Positions 8,689-18,056 of a stretch of DNA of 37,391 bases are shown here, piece after piece (within the stretch, counting starts at the first letter, position 1; each line of letters starts with the position of its first letter). Where the stretch lies: IMG/VR virus record IMGVR_UViG_3300011335_000223, positions 1 to 37,391 of that record; one strand, written 5' to 3'. This stretch comes from a virus (lineage: Duplodnaviria > Caudoviricetes). The notes below the pieces were generated by a model, which was given only the letters and a program-made list of their open reading frames with translations, had not been told where the DNA came from and did not search any database. The position numbers and the translations under genes were made by a program.

Positions 8689-9983
8689 GGCCGTATCAGG
8701 ACGACGCCGCAGACTTCTTGTATGCGCGCGACAGGGCCATGATCCTAGCGCCTGTCGGGGCTGGTAAGACCGCTATCACGCTCACAGCGATGGCCGACGC
8801 CCTAATCAGCGGCGTAGTGACGCGGTGGCTTGTGGTGGCTCCCAAGCGGGTCTGCAATGAAGTCTGGCCCGTAGAGCTACCCAAGTGGGCAGCAACGATG
8901 ACCATGAGCCTAGCGTTAGGTTCTCCGGCGCAGCGGCAGGCGGCGTTTGACGCAGACACGGATATTGTCGTCATCAACTACGACAATCTGGACAAGGTGC
9001 AGACGCTCGACAGCTTCGACGGGATCGTGTTCGACGAGCTAACCCGGCTCAAGAACCCCAGCGGCAAGCGGTTTAAGGCGCTAGAGAAGCTGCTGGCGCG
9101 CATACCGATCAGGTGGGGCTTGACCGGATCGTTCACCAGCAACGGCTTGGAAGATGTGTTCGGCCAGTGCAAGATGATCGACCAGAGCCTGCTAGGCCGC
9201 GCCAAGGGTGCGTTCCTGCAACAGTATTTCCACTGCATCAACCGCGACTTCGGGCAGTGGGAGCCGCGAGGCGACGCGCTGCCGCAAGTGATGGACCGCA
9301 TACGCGACGCGACTTACGTGCTGGAAGCGGGCGAGTACGCCGACACGCTGCCACCATGTCACATTGTGGAGCTACGCTGCCAGATGGCAAACATGGGGCC
9401 GTACAAAAAAATGAAGCGGGATTACGTCGCCCGCTTTGCGGACGACATGGTTATTGCTCAGAACGCGGGCGCGGTGACGACCAAGCTACAGCAAATGTCG
9501 TCTGGCTTCGTCTACGGCACAGACAAGCAGTCGATCTGGTTCAGCAGCCACAAGTTTGACCGGCTGGACGAACTGCTCGCGGAGAACCAGAAGGCGAACA
9601 CGCTGGTCTGGTACACCTACCAAGAGGAACTGGCAGAGCTAAAGCGCCGCTACCCCAGCATCCAGACCACGGACAGCCCCCGCGTCGTGGAACGCTGGAA
9701 CAACGGCGAGATACCGCTGCTGGCGGCGCATCCTAAGTCCTTTGGCCACGGCATTAACTTGCAAGGCCAGCAGCACATGGTGTTCCTGTCGCTGCCGTGG
9801 TCGCTGGAACTATACGAGCAGGCTATCGGGCGGCTGCACCGGGGCGGGCAAGAACACGATGTGTGGGTATATGTCCTATTGACACCCGACACAATTGATG
9901 AACGCATCTGGGGCGCGCTGCACGACAAGCGCAGCATCAGCGACTTGGCTATTGAGGAATTGATGAATGACCGTCAAGATTAA
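8667..9983 (+). CDS. SNF2-like superfamily 2 helicase
   Basis: LRPYQ, APVGAGKT, FDELT, GLTGS, GHGINLQ, QAIGRLHRGGQ; GAGG before ATG 8667. Confidence 0.93.
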   Translation: MAATLQLRPYQDDAADFLYARDRAMILAPVGAGKTAITLTAMADALISGVVTRWLVVAPKRVCNEVWPVELPKWAATMTMSLALGSPAQRQAAFDADTDIVVINYDNLDKVQTLDSFDGIVFDELTRLKNPSGKRFKALEKLLARIPIRWGLTGSFTSNGLEDVFGQCKMIDQSLLGRAKGAFLQQYFHCINRDFGQWEPRGDALPQVMDRIRDATYVLEAGEYADTLPPCHIVELRCQMANMGPYKKMKRDYVARFADDMVIAQNAGAVTTKLQQMSSGFVYGTDKQSIWFSSHKFDRLDELLAENQKANTLVWYTYQEELAELKRRYPSIQTTDSPRVVERWNNGEIPLLAAHPKSFGHGINLQGQQHMVFLSLPWSLELYEQAIGRLHRGGQEHDVWVYVLLTPDTIDERIWGALHDKRSISDLAIEELMNDRQD

Positions 9984-10161
9984 CTGGCACTATCTGGCAA
10001 CCGAACTGAAGGGTATGGGTGAGCAGGAAGTGCTAACCTTACTCATAGATGAGCAGGAAGGTGCCAAGCGGCCCTTCATAGCACTGCGGCTGCACCAGCG
10101 GTATGGCACCCTGCGAGCGCAGCGCGAGCGCGCGGAGATCATGGCGAGGCTGCGCGCATGA
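9967..10161 (+). CDS. Hypothetical protein (64 aa)
   Basis: GAGGA RBS, overlaps both neighbours. Confidence 0.75.
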   Translation: MTVKINWHYLATELKGMGEQEVLTLLIDEQEGAKRPFIALRLHQRYGTLRAQRERAEIMARLRA

Positions 10162-10367
10162 AAGACGCCATAAACCCTGATCACTACAAGGTCGGCGGCA
10201 TTGAAGCGATTGACTACGTGAAGGCGAAGCTGTCGCCAGAGGAGTACCGGGGCTACCTACGCGGCAACGCCTTGAAGTACTTGAGCCGCGCCGGACATAA
10301 AGACGACGCGGCTCAAGATTACAAAAAAGCGCAGTGGTTTATCGAGCGGCTAATCAGCGCCCAATAG
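10158..10367 (+). CDS. DUF3310 / T7 gp1.7-like protein
   Basis: INPDHY...IEAIDY...GNALKYLSRAGHK...DYKKAQWF. Confidence 0.88.
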   Translation: MKDAINPDHYKVGGIEAIDYVKAKLSPEEYRGYLRGNALKYLSRAGHKDDAAQDYKKAQWFIERLISAQ

Positions 10368-10518
10368 CGGACCTGACAGAGCCGAAACCAGCCGCGCCAA
10401 GCAGGATGAACACATAGTCTGGAATGGAGTATCCCAGAGCGGTAGCGGCAGCGCCCGCCGCCGCCAGAGCGGCGACGAGGTAGGTCTTTTTGCCTTTGAG
10501 TCTACTAAGCATAGTCAT
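10354..10518 (-). CDS. Small membrane protein, putative holin (54 aa)
   Basis: Basic N-terminus plus two hydrophobic segments; ATG overlaps the endolysin stop. Confidence 0.6.
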   Translation of the reverse strand: MTMLSRLKGKKTYLVAALAAAGAAATALGYSIPDYVFILLGAAGFGSVRSAIGR

Positions 10519-10907
10519 TTTCCTTTCGGGTAGGTCTTCCAAGGCAGTTGCCAGTGCGGCCCGTCCTTGAAAGTTCTCCAGTTACCGCCCCACTCAATAG
10601 GGACGTTCTCGGCTACGGCTGCTTCTTTGATGATTTTGGCAAGCCGGTGATACAGCGGCCAGTCCCAGCGGACTGTGCCACCGACCATAGGTGCCAGATC
10701 GACCGCATGGCCGGTCAGGTGACGTGACCTCAAGGTCTTGGTTGCGCCGATCTGGCTTAGCTGCTTCTGGCGTTCCAGCGTCCGCAAGCCTTCTAGCACG
10801 GTAAAGTCCAGCGGAGACATGGCCGCAGCCTTCTTGACCACACGCACTAGGTCAGGGTGGACACCCTCAAGACGCGACAGCGAACGATGACCTAGGACGA
10901 TGCTCAT
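10515..10907 (-). CDS. Endolysin, M15-family Zn peptidase (L-Ala-D-Glu type)
   Basis: EGLRTLERQ, SRHLTGHAVD, WGGNW..FKDGPH. Confidence 0.93.
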   Translation of the reverse strand: MSIVLGHRSLSRLEGVHPDLVRVVKKAAAMSPLDFTVLEGLRTLERQKQLSQIGATKTLRSRHLTGHAVDLAPMVGGTVRWDWPLYHRLAKIIKEAAVAENVPIEWGGNWRTFKDGPHWQLPWKTYPKGK

Positions 10908-11074
10908 CAGTTCATCTTAAAAATGATACCGAGCAGCATCATTATGATGGTGCCCGCCACCGTAAGACCAATGCCTTCGATCCGCTTTAGCCTTGCACAA
11001 AGCCCTTCGTAACGAACGGTGCAGACTTCCTCGTGGGTGGCAAGGCGCGCTTCGGTTTTGTCAATCGTGGTCAT
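10907..11074 (-). CDS. XhlA-like holin/membrane protein (55 aa)
   Basis: RLATHEEVCTVRY coiled coil plus one C-terminal TM helix, directly upstream of the endolysin. Confidence 0.65.
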   Translation of the reverse strand: MTTIDKTEARLATHEEVCTVRYEGLCARLKRIEGIGLTVAGTIIMMLLGIIFKMN

Positions 11075-11075
11075 G

Positions 11076-13103
11076 TTAGCGCCTTGGTATACCGTATTGG
11101 GGGACTGGATAACCAAGGTTATACCCTATCTCTAGCAGCGGCCCGCCGAATTCGTCAAAAGGAGGAAACTCAGAGATGCCGTATATGTTGTTCATGGCGT
11201 TTTGATTTTGCGCCTGCGTCATGATATTTTGCGTCTGCGCGCCAATCTTAACGGCGCCCGAACCCAAGACTTTACCTGTACCACGAGCGGCGGCGCCCGT
11301 AACGCGGCCTGTTGCGGTCGCTCTGTTCTCCCGCACCATTGCTTTTTCTACAGCCGTTGCGGCTGCTTGCGGGTCAAGCATTTCAGTAGCAATTTCGAAA
11401 GCCAGTTTACGGTCGATTTGCCCCTGAAGACGGTTGAAGATTGTGTTTGCAATGGTCACGACACGGTTTAGAACTGCGGGCGCATCTCCAATCTGCGACG
11501 CCAACTGAGAAATGCGCGGCGCGGCGGATGCACCTTTCTGGGCTTGCGTTTTGGTAGTTTGAACGCGATTTAAATCGTCACGTATAGCGTTAACAACACC
11601 CGCTTGCTCAGGCGTTAGCACATCAGTCAGTTCCTTAAACCGCGCTTCGCCAGTAGTCGCGCGCTTCAACGTCCCCGGCGCGTCTTTTACGGCGGTAGCA
11701 AACGCGCCAGCGCGCTCCGCTCCGCCTTCTAGCGGTGCAGTAAGTTTACCTTCAAGATACTGACCGACTTCCATTTGGTTGATCGGCTTAGACTTTTCGG
11801 CAAAGGTCGTGCGCGCCGCACCGTACTCAGGCACTTTAGACTCCAGCCAATTAACCAGTTGCGTCTTTACCTTTGCAACTTGCGCGCGTTCAGTAGACGC
11901 CAGCGCAGTTTCGCCGGTTTTCGTAAGCATCTTATCCAACGAAATTTTAACGTTGTGGATATACCGCGTCGGGTTGCTATCAAACGTCACACCCTGCGAC
12001 GCAGAAAGCCGTGCAGCATCTGGCATTGCCTGCTTAATGTAAGGGTCATCCGCTAACACCATAAGTTTCGGATCGGCGCGGAATTTCTGCGCTTCAGCAG
12101 CAGCGTATAGCGGGTCTGTAGCTGTTCTGCGTGCGGTTTTCGCCGCCGTAATATCATTTGGCGTTCCGCCAACTGTCCGAAGGCTGGCAAGGCGCGCGGC
12201 TTCGTTATCACCTGCACGGATAAGATTTTCAGACGGCAGTGCTTTAGCGCCAGCTTCTCCCATTGCAGAAAATTTGGTGAGGCCCAAAGGCGACGCTTGC
12301 TGCGCGGCGGTTGGTACGCTGCCCGGCACAATCTCACTAGGCGCGCGAAGCTGGGCGATAAGCTCAGGGGCGCGCCCTTCGGCGGCTTCCATATACGCCG
12401 CCGACTTAGGCGCTAAAACATTGGCGATTTTAAGCGGTGCGCGTTCCACAACTTTGGCAATATAACGGCCACTAGGGCGCAACACATTTACTGGGTTGGT
12501 AGCTTCACCGCCCCGCGCCATGGCGTTGGCTACGCGGTCAGCTTTCAGCCCAACTTTAGGTGCGGCCTTTGACACTACTTTTCCGGCAGCGCGGACAACA
12601 CCGGATCCGCCAGTCAGCAACGACGATACATCAGCCGCAAAACCTACCGGGTCAGTCGCCAGTGTGTTTTTAAAGGCGGCATACGTACCGTAGCGGTCGG
12701 CCATCTGGCCGCCAAACTGCTGCGCCGCACGCACGGCTCGTTCCGCCGATTTGGGATCGCGGTCCATATCATTTATAAAATTGTAGACATTCTTTGGCAG
12801 TACTTTTTCCGCGCCTGTTTTCAAACCGCCTGCCGCGATGTCGAGCATACTACCAGCGGTCTGAAGGGGATTAGTGACGGCTTCGTAAAAGCTATTTGCA
12901 TACTCAGCCGCACTGGATGGGATGGCGGTTATACCTTCCGCCGCCGCGCCAATCAACGAACGCTCAGGCGGCTTTTTCTTTGGCGGCTGCATTCGTTGAA
13001 TACGCCGCAGTTCGGCACCAAGAACGTCAACCGTTTTGAAGTCGCCTTGGCTGTGCGCTTGGCGGATGCCTGTTTCCAGACGCTGTAGATCGCGCGCGCT
13101 CAT
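11076..13103 (-). CDS. Internal virion/ejection protein (P22 gp16 position)
   Basis: Large Ala-rich helical protein, third of three after the tail genes. Confidence 0.7.
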   Translation of the reverse strand: MSARDLQRLETGIRQAHSQGDFKTVDVLGAELRRIQRMQPPKKKPPERSLIGAAAEGITAIPSSAAEYANSFYEAVTNPLQTAGSMLDIAAGGLKTGAEKVLPKNVYNFINDMDRDPKSAERAVRAAQQFGGQMADRYGTYAAFKNTLATDPVGFAADVSSLLTGGSGVVRAAGKVVSKAAPKVGLKADRVANAMARGGEATNPVNVLRPSGRYIAKVVERAPLKIANVLAPKSAAYMEAAEGRAPELIAQLRAPSEIVPGSVPTAAQQASPLGLTKFSAMGEAGAKALPSENLIRAGDNEAARLASLRTVGGTPNDITAAKTARRTATDPLYAAAEAQKFRADPKLMVLADDPYIKQAMPDAARLSASQGVTFDSNPTRYIHNVKISLDKMLTKTGETALASTERAQVAKVKTQLVNWLESKVPEYGAARTTFAEKSKPINQMEVGQYLEGKLTAPLEGGAERAGAFATAVKDAPGTLKRATTGEARFKELTDVLTPEQAGVVNAIRDDLNRVQTTKTQAQKGASAAPRISQLASQIGDAPAVLNRVVTIANTIFNRLQGQIDRKLAFEIATEMLDPQAAATAVEKAMVRENRATATGRVTGAAARGTGKVLGSGAVKIGAQTQNIMTQAQNQNAMNNIYGISEFPPFDEFGGPLLEIGYNLGYPVPQYGIPRR

Positions 13104-14881
13104 ATACCGCGGCTCTTTAATATCTTGTCAATGTCAGGCGAAATCCTAGTTCCGCCTCTACCTACCGGCAAGTTTCCTCCCAGAGCGCGACCTCCTTTTA
13201 CCTTAAACGCGGGATACTCTTTTACATCGTCCCCATACTGAACGTCGTACACCTGTTGAGCAAGATTGGTTGCGTTGCTGACTTGTCGAATGATACGATC
13301 CATTTGAGCGTCAAGCGCGCGCGGCGTCATGCCTGCAAGATCAAGGTTGGCAATCATGTCGGCGGCAATTTTCCATTCTTGCACGGCCATAGGCCCGATT
13401 GCGCCTGAAGCCGCGGCAGCGTCCTTACCCGCTGCGGTAATAACACCTTTTAAGTTACCAAAAAGCGTGTCTGCTTCTCTAGTGGATTCGCGGAACGAAG
13501 GAACGTAATTGCTAAAACCAGTAATAGCTTCCTTTTGGTCGTTGGAAAGCATTTTAATTTTACGTGCAAGTGCAATAACGCCTTCTTTCGGGTCATACGT
13601 TTTGTTTATAAGCCCCTGCGTTTGGGTGTACGCCTGTGCCACTTCAGTCTTACGTTTAATTTTTTGTTGTGATGTTAACGGCGGAGGGCCAGCATCGCGC
13701 ACGGCTTTAAGTTTTGCTGCTTCCGCGTCATATAGTTCTTGCTTTGACGGACGTGTGGCACGCGATGCCGCCGCCACATCTTGCGTGGGTACGTTGTATA
13801 TACCGGGGATCGCTCCTTGGTTAAGATCACGCCCCCGCGCTGCTTGGCCGGTAGCGTAGTAATCATCCATTGACTGCACGTTCTGCCGCTCCGGCATGGC
13901 GTCCTCACCGGGGCGGAACACAGCGTTGCGCATACCGGGCGCTTCACCTTCGTCGGGCAAAATCTGGATGTCGTTTTCGCGCAGAATTTGCGCCAGTTGG
14001 TCTTCCTTGCCGGGTGCGGCGGCGCGCATGGCGTCCAAGCCCGACTGCGAGATTACGCCGGTCTGCATCATGGTCTGCACGATAGCGGCCAAGTCTTGTT
14101 GCGCCGCCGGATCGCCGCCGCCGGTCGTCATCGACATAGGTCGGAACCCATTGTCGCGCATGATGTCCGGCGGAAGCGGTGGGCCGTCTAGCATATTTCT
14201 AATAACGTCTTCGCGCGATGGTGGTGGGCTGCCCGTTGCTTGCGGTGCTGGGGTGCCCGTTGCTTGCGGTGCTGGGGTGCCCGCTGCTTGCAGCGGAACG
14301 CCGCCCGTCGCTTGCGGCGGAACGCCGCCCGTCGCTTGCGGTGCTGGCCGCGCCGCGCCGCCTTGCCTAAGATTATATTGCGGCAGTTGAAAAACGCCCG
14401 GTTTGTCAAACCCGCCGGTACGCGCAACCGCAAAGGTTCCGTCGTCGTTTTGCACGACTTTGGTGTCAAGAGGAGCGTAAGTTCTCGAAAACTTGTCAGA
14501 AATGCTGGCAACCATCTTCAGTAGATCGTCTCGCGTGAAGCGTTCCGGCGGCAAGTTAGCGCGGAAAGCTGCGGCAATGTTTGGCGCGTCTTTACCAAGA
14601 TCCTGAAGCAACACCGCGTAGCCTTCAGGGTTCATGGTCTGACCGGCGCGCTTCGTGTAGTAATCTATCTTATCGCCCGCCAGCTTAATATCAGCAGCGG
14701 AAACCTCCCGCGCTTCCTTGGCTTGTGCAATATCCATAGCCTGCTGGGCTTGCTGAGTTTGACGCTGCGCAGCCGCCTGCTGCGTCATCATGTTCATAAG
14801 CTGCGAGTTCTGACGAATGGCAGCCGCCATGCTGTTACCCTGCGGTGCGCGGGCTTGAAGGGCGATTGTTTGGTCAGCCAT
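13100..14881 (-). CDS. Internal virion/ejection protein (P22 gp20 position)
   Basis: Gln/Ala-rich helical protein; gene order. Confidence 0.7.
   Translation of the reverse strand: MADQTIALQARAPQGNSMAAAIRQNSQLMNMMTQQAAAQRQTQQAQQAMDIAQAKEAREVSAADIKLAGDKIDYYTKRAGQTMNPEGYAVLLQDLGKDAPNIAAAFRANLPPERFTRDDLLKMVASISDKFSRTYAPLDTKVVQNDDGTFAVARTGGFDKPGVFQLPQYNLRQGGAARPAPQATGGVPPQATGGVPLQAAGTPAPQATGTPAPQATGSPPPSREDVIRNMLDGPPLPPDIMRDNGFRPMSMTTGGGDPAAQQDLAAIVQTMMQTGVISQSGLDAMRAAAPGKEDQLAQILRENDIQILPDEGEAPGMRNAVFRPGEDAMPERQNVQSMDDYYATGQAARGRDLNQGAIPGIYNVPTQDVAAASRATRPSKQELYDAEAAKLKAVRDAGPPPLTSQQKIKRKTEVAQAYTQTQGLINKTYDPKEGVIALARKIKMLSNDQKEAITGFSNYVPSFRESTREADTLFGNLKGVITAAGKDAAAASGAIGPMAVQEWKIAADMIANLDLAGMTPRALDAQMDRIIRQVSNATNLAQQVYDVQYGDDVKEYPAFKVKGGRALGGNLPVGRGGTRISPDIDKILKSRGI
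14225..14348. repeat. Five 24-bp tandem units encoding xPQATG-type octapeptides
   Basis: APQATGGV PPQATGGV PLQAAGTP APQATGTP APQATGSP. Confidence 0.9.
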
Positions 14882-14883
14882 TA

Positions 14884-15912
14884 TTATCCTTTCGTGCCTG
14901 CGTAGGCGTCAGAACTCAGAACTCCGTCGTAGCGGCGGATGACACTGGGCCTTCCGCCAAAGCCGCCACCGCCGTAGCCGCCACCGAGACCGCCGTAGCC
15001 GCCATAATCCCCACGGTTCAGCGCGTCTGTTTGCGCCTTCATAAAGTTATTCTGGGCTTGGTATGTCGGGTACAAAGCCGCCGTCTGACCGAGGCTGTTG
15101 AGCGCGCCGGACAGCGCGTTGGCGCTACCGACGTATCCCGACGCGCGGGCCGCTCCGGCGTTGTATAGGTTAGTCGCTTGGTTCTGCCCAAGTTGGCCTT
15201 CCACGCCCGTCTGTACGTTGGTGGCCGACTGGCCCGCACCCATCAACGACTGTAGCGGGTTAAGCTGGTTCGAGCGGTTGACCTGATAGCGGTTGAAAGC
15301 GTTGGTGTACTCTTGACTAGCCAAGTCCTGCCCGAACCGCTGGATGCCTTTCAGGGTGCTGCCAGACATGAGACTGCCCCGCGCAGCCGCCGAACGCTCT
15401 AGCGCCTTCATGCCTTCGGATCGCCGGAACGCATAGCCGGGATCGGCTTCAAAGTCGGCGGTCCCAAAGTCGCGGCCATACTTGCCAAAGTCAGCCGAAG
15501 GCGCGGCGGCTGGAAGCGGGTTCGCCGCCATGTAGGCGTTAACGTCAGCGACAGGGTTGCCCTGTGCGTCAACGTAAAAGGTAGTGCCGCCGTAACCACC
15601 AAAGCCACCTTCGCCGCCGTAGCTAGGTGTGTTCACCGCCCGCAAACCGTAGGCTTCTGGCCCGGTGGGGGCAGCGCGGGCGTTGGGGTCTTGTAAGCCC
15701 AGCAGTTCAAAAATCCGGCTTTGCGCGGTCAAGCCGCCCTGACGGAACGGCTCTTGCAATGCTATCTGCTTATCAGCGGCAGCGGTCTGTGCTGCGGTAG
15801 CCTCACGCGAGGCTCGTTCTTGCGTTTTAGCTGCCGACTTAGCGCCGCCTGAAGCGAGCAATCCGCCGCCAAGCGAGGCGGCGGCTCCAATAAGGGCGGA
15901 AGCAACAGCCAT
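14884..15912 (-). CDS. DNA transfer/ejection protein (P22 gp7-like)
   Basis: Gly/Ala hydrophobic N-terminus, DPGYAFR...ERSAAARG...SG.TLK motif. Confidence 0.8.
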   Translation of the reverse strand: MAVASALIGAAASLGGGLLASGGAKSAAKTQERASREATAAQTAAADKQIALQEPFRQGGLTAQSRIFELLGLQDPNARAAPTGPEAYGLRAVNTPSYGGEGGFGGYGGTTFYVDAQGNPVADVNAYMAANPLPAAAPSADFGKYGRDFGTADFEADPGYAFRRSEGMKALERSAAARGSLMSGSTLKGIQRFGQDLASQEYTNAFNRYQVNRSNQLNPLQSLMGAGQSATNVQTGVEGQLGQNQATNLYNAGAARASGYVGSANALSGALNSLGQTAALYPTYQAQNNFMKAQTDALNRGDYGGYGGLGGGYGGGGFGGRPSVIRRYDGVLSSDAYAGTKG

Positions 15913-16376
15913 TATAGCAATCCCTTTATAAATGTACGTTCCATAGGGCGAAAACCGGAACGGGCGTACATTTTTGCCATGCGTTCGACATTATCATCGT
16001 GCAACGCTATCATAAATACCGCAACAGCGTTATGTTTAACAGCCCAATCTTCAATGTCTTTGTACATTTGTCGGGCCGCGCCGCTGCCGCGATGCTGCGG
16101 AGAAAGCCACCACCACATCTCTTGCACAACAAAACTGCTATGGCTAAAATACATAGGGTATAGCGCCGCCCCTGCAATTCCAATCGGCACCCCGTCAATT
16201 TCCGCCAATATGACGTGAAAGTTTTCGTTGCCGATAAGATTGGTTAAAAACGTGGTAGTGCTTTCTGGGTCAAACGGAATTATGTCGCCCACTGGCATAC
16301 CGGCGTGAAACGCTGCCGCCATGTTGACATACGCCGTTGTATCGTCTTTTTCCATAAGGCGGACTACGGTAGCCAT
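15912..16376 (-). CDS. GNAT-fold virion assembly protein
   Basis: WWLSPQHRGSGAA acetyl-CoA motif A, YARSGF; lies just before the ejection genes. Confidence 0.8.
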   Translation of the reverse strand: MATVVRLMEKDDTTAYVNMAAAFHAGMPVGDIIPFDPESTTTFLTNLIGNENFHVILAEIDGVPIGIAGAALYPMYFSHSSFVVQEMWWWLSPQHRGSGAARQMYKDIEDWAVKHNAVAVFMIALHDDNVERMAKMYARSGFRPMERTFIKGLL

Positions 16377-16711
16377 CAGCTAATCTCGCGCCCGCTGACC
16401 CGCATATTAAGCGAAGCAGCAGTACCGGCGAGTGTCGAAATGAATGTGCCCGACAGCAATATCTGGCCGACCAGTTCTGAAAAGGTAGCTGTGGTGCCGG
16501 GCGCGATTGACCGCGTTTGGACAATAAGGTTGCCGTTGCCGGGTGTGCCGCCAGAAACGACAAGGTTCACGCTGATCGTCACGGCGACGGCGCTGTAGTT
16601 CGTCACCGTAAACTTGTCGATGATCGTAGTCACGTTGGTAGCCGTGTACTGCGTCGATTGCGTAGCCTCAACGGTCTTGGCTGCCACGAGGGTGGTAGGA
16701 GTTACAGCCAT
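16376..16711 (-). CDS. Virion structural protein (111 aa)
   Basis: Thr/Val beta-rich, translationally coupled within the tail module. Confidence 0.7.
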   Translation of the reverse strand: MAVTPTTLVAAKTVEATQSTQYTATNVTTIIDKFTVTNYSAVAVTISVNLVVSGGTPGNGNLIVQTRSIAPGTTATFSELVGQILLSGTFISTLAGTAASLNMRVSGREIS

Positions 16712-16712
16712 A

Positions 16713-17132
16713 TCAAACTCCGGTCAAAACGCAGGCAATAGTGCCCGAGGCACCAAAGTTAAACACCGTCGGAAAGCCCCATGTTGCTTGCCCCGCAGAA
16801 TAAATATAATAATCGGGATACTGCGTGAAAGTGCCGATAGTGGCGCTGGTAATAAAATCAATGCCGGGGTCCGCCGCGAAACCGCTTATAAACAGATACC
16901 CAACTATTGGTGATGCTCCATAATATATGTCGTAAAAAGACGCAAACGTATAAGTGCTAACCGTCGTAGGTGAACGACTTCCAAAGGTGTACCCACTATT
17001 ACCAGTAACATCAAAACCATACCACACTATAAACGATCCGTCGGAAGCGAAACCCTGCGTGATCGTGCCCGTGTATCTCGTTGTACTGCCGCCAGCCGCG
17101 GCGGCGTTTAAGGTTCTGGCGGCGAAAGTCAT
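16713..17132 (-). CDS. Putative tail-fibre tip / receptor-binding protein (139 aa)
   Basis: Tyr/Phe/Gly-rich, lower GC, coupled to the fibre gene. Confidence 0.55.
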   Translation of the reverse strand: MTFAARTLNAAAAGGSTTRYTGTITQGFASDGSFIVWYGFDVTGNSGYTFGSRSPTTVSTYTFASFYDIYYGASPIVGYLFISGFAADPGIDFITSATIGTFTQYPDYYIYSAGQATWGFPTVFNFGASGTIACVLTGV

Positions 17133-18043
17133 GCAAATGCCTTAGCGAGCGCCGCGTACCAAAAGCCAGTGCTAGAGCGGTAAGTGGCAACCAGCAAATC
17201 AACGGCGTTTGCGGTGGTAGTCAGAACGCCAGCAGCGCCCCCGGCCCACTTGAACGACGCGGGCCAAGTTACCGTGCGGCTACCTGTAGCGTCCTGCGTG
17301 ATAAACCAGTTGATAGTCTGGCCGTCTTTGGGGCTGTTGAGTGAGGGCGCTACGGTGACGTTGGCGGTAAAGGTTGTGGTAAACACATTCGATAGAGCGC
17401 AATCAATAGCCATCGCTGTAGCCGAGAACGTCACTACAACCGGCGCGGTGTGGGCAAACGTAAAGCGCCCGCCAGCAGGAGCGGTGCCGCCAATAGCCGG
17501 GGGTGAAGCTGCGAAGGCTGTGAAGCCCGCGCCGCTGACAGTGCTGGTTGCCGACAGCGTAGTAAACGCGCCAGCCGCAGGCGCGGTGTTGCCGATAGAT
17601 GGGGGTGAAGCTGCGAAGGCTGTGAAGCCTGCGCCGCTGACAGTGCTGGTAGCCGACAAGGTGGTAAACGCGCCCGCAGCGGGTGTCGTGCCGCCGATAG
17701 CAGCAGGCGCTGCTAGATACGTAGCGAGGTATGCTGACAGCGATCCAAAGTCATTGATGCCGGGGATGTTGTCGTAAGTGCCTATAACAACATTGGTAGA
17801 GGTTTCTAGGATAAACTTATAGCTGACGGTAGACGTTAGCCAAATCTCGTTGGCAAGACGGCCCGCGCTGTTCAAGATGATAGGGTTTGTGTTGGCCACG
17901 GTGCCCGCGCTGGTTGTGTATGTAGCCTCTGGCGTCGTTGTACCCGCCGTATAGGTGTACAGTTTGCCGCCAGCTAAAGGCACGCCTGCGTCGGAGAAAA
18001 ACTGAGTTCCTGCGCCAGCCAAAGAAGAAAGGTATACGGGCAT
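17129..18043 (-). CDS. Tail fibre protein
   Basis: N-terminal adaptor-like QFFSDAGVPLAGGKLYTY...NPIILNSAGR; IGGTTPAAGAFTTL shaft repeats; ITQDATGSRTVTW tip domain. Confidence 0.75.
   Translation of the reverse strand: MPVYLSSLAGAGTQFFSDAGVPLAGGKLYTYTAGTTTPEATYTTSAGTVANTNPIILNSAGRLANEIWLTSTVSYKFILETSTNVVIGTYDNIPGINDFGSLSAYLATYLAAPAAIGGTTPAAGAFTTLSATSTVSGAGFTAFAASPPSIGNTAPAAGAFTTLSATSTVSGAGFTAFAASPPAIGGTAPAGGRFTFAHTAPVVVTFSATAMAIDCALSNVFTTTFTANVTVAPSLNSPKDGQTINWFITQDATGSRTVTWPASFKWAGGAAGVLTTTANAVDLLVATYRSSTGFWYAALAKAFA
17490..17700. repeat. 102-bp (34-aa) internal duplication in the tail fibre
   Basis: GGGGGTGAAGCTGCGAAGGCTGTGAAGCC at 17499 and 17601. Confidence 0.9.
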
Positions 18044-18056
18044 TGGACAATCCTAC

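Noticed and set aside
15912-16376. GNAT as a toxin or DNA-modifying enzyme
   Set aside because: GNAT-fold genes at this position before the ejection genes are common podovirus assembly factors
16713-17132. Diversity-generating retroelement target
   Set aside because: No reverse transcriptase and no template repeat seen
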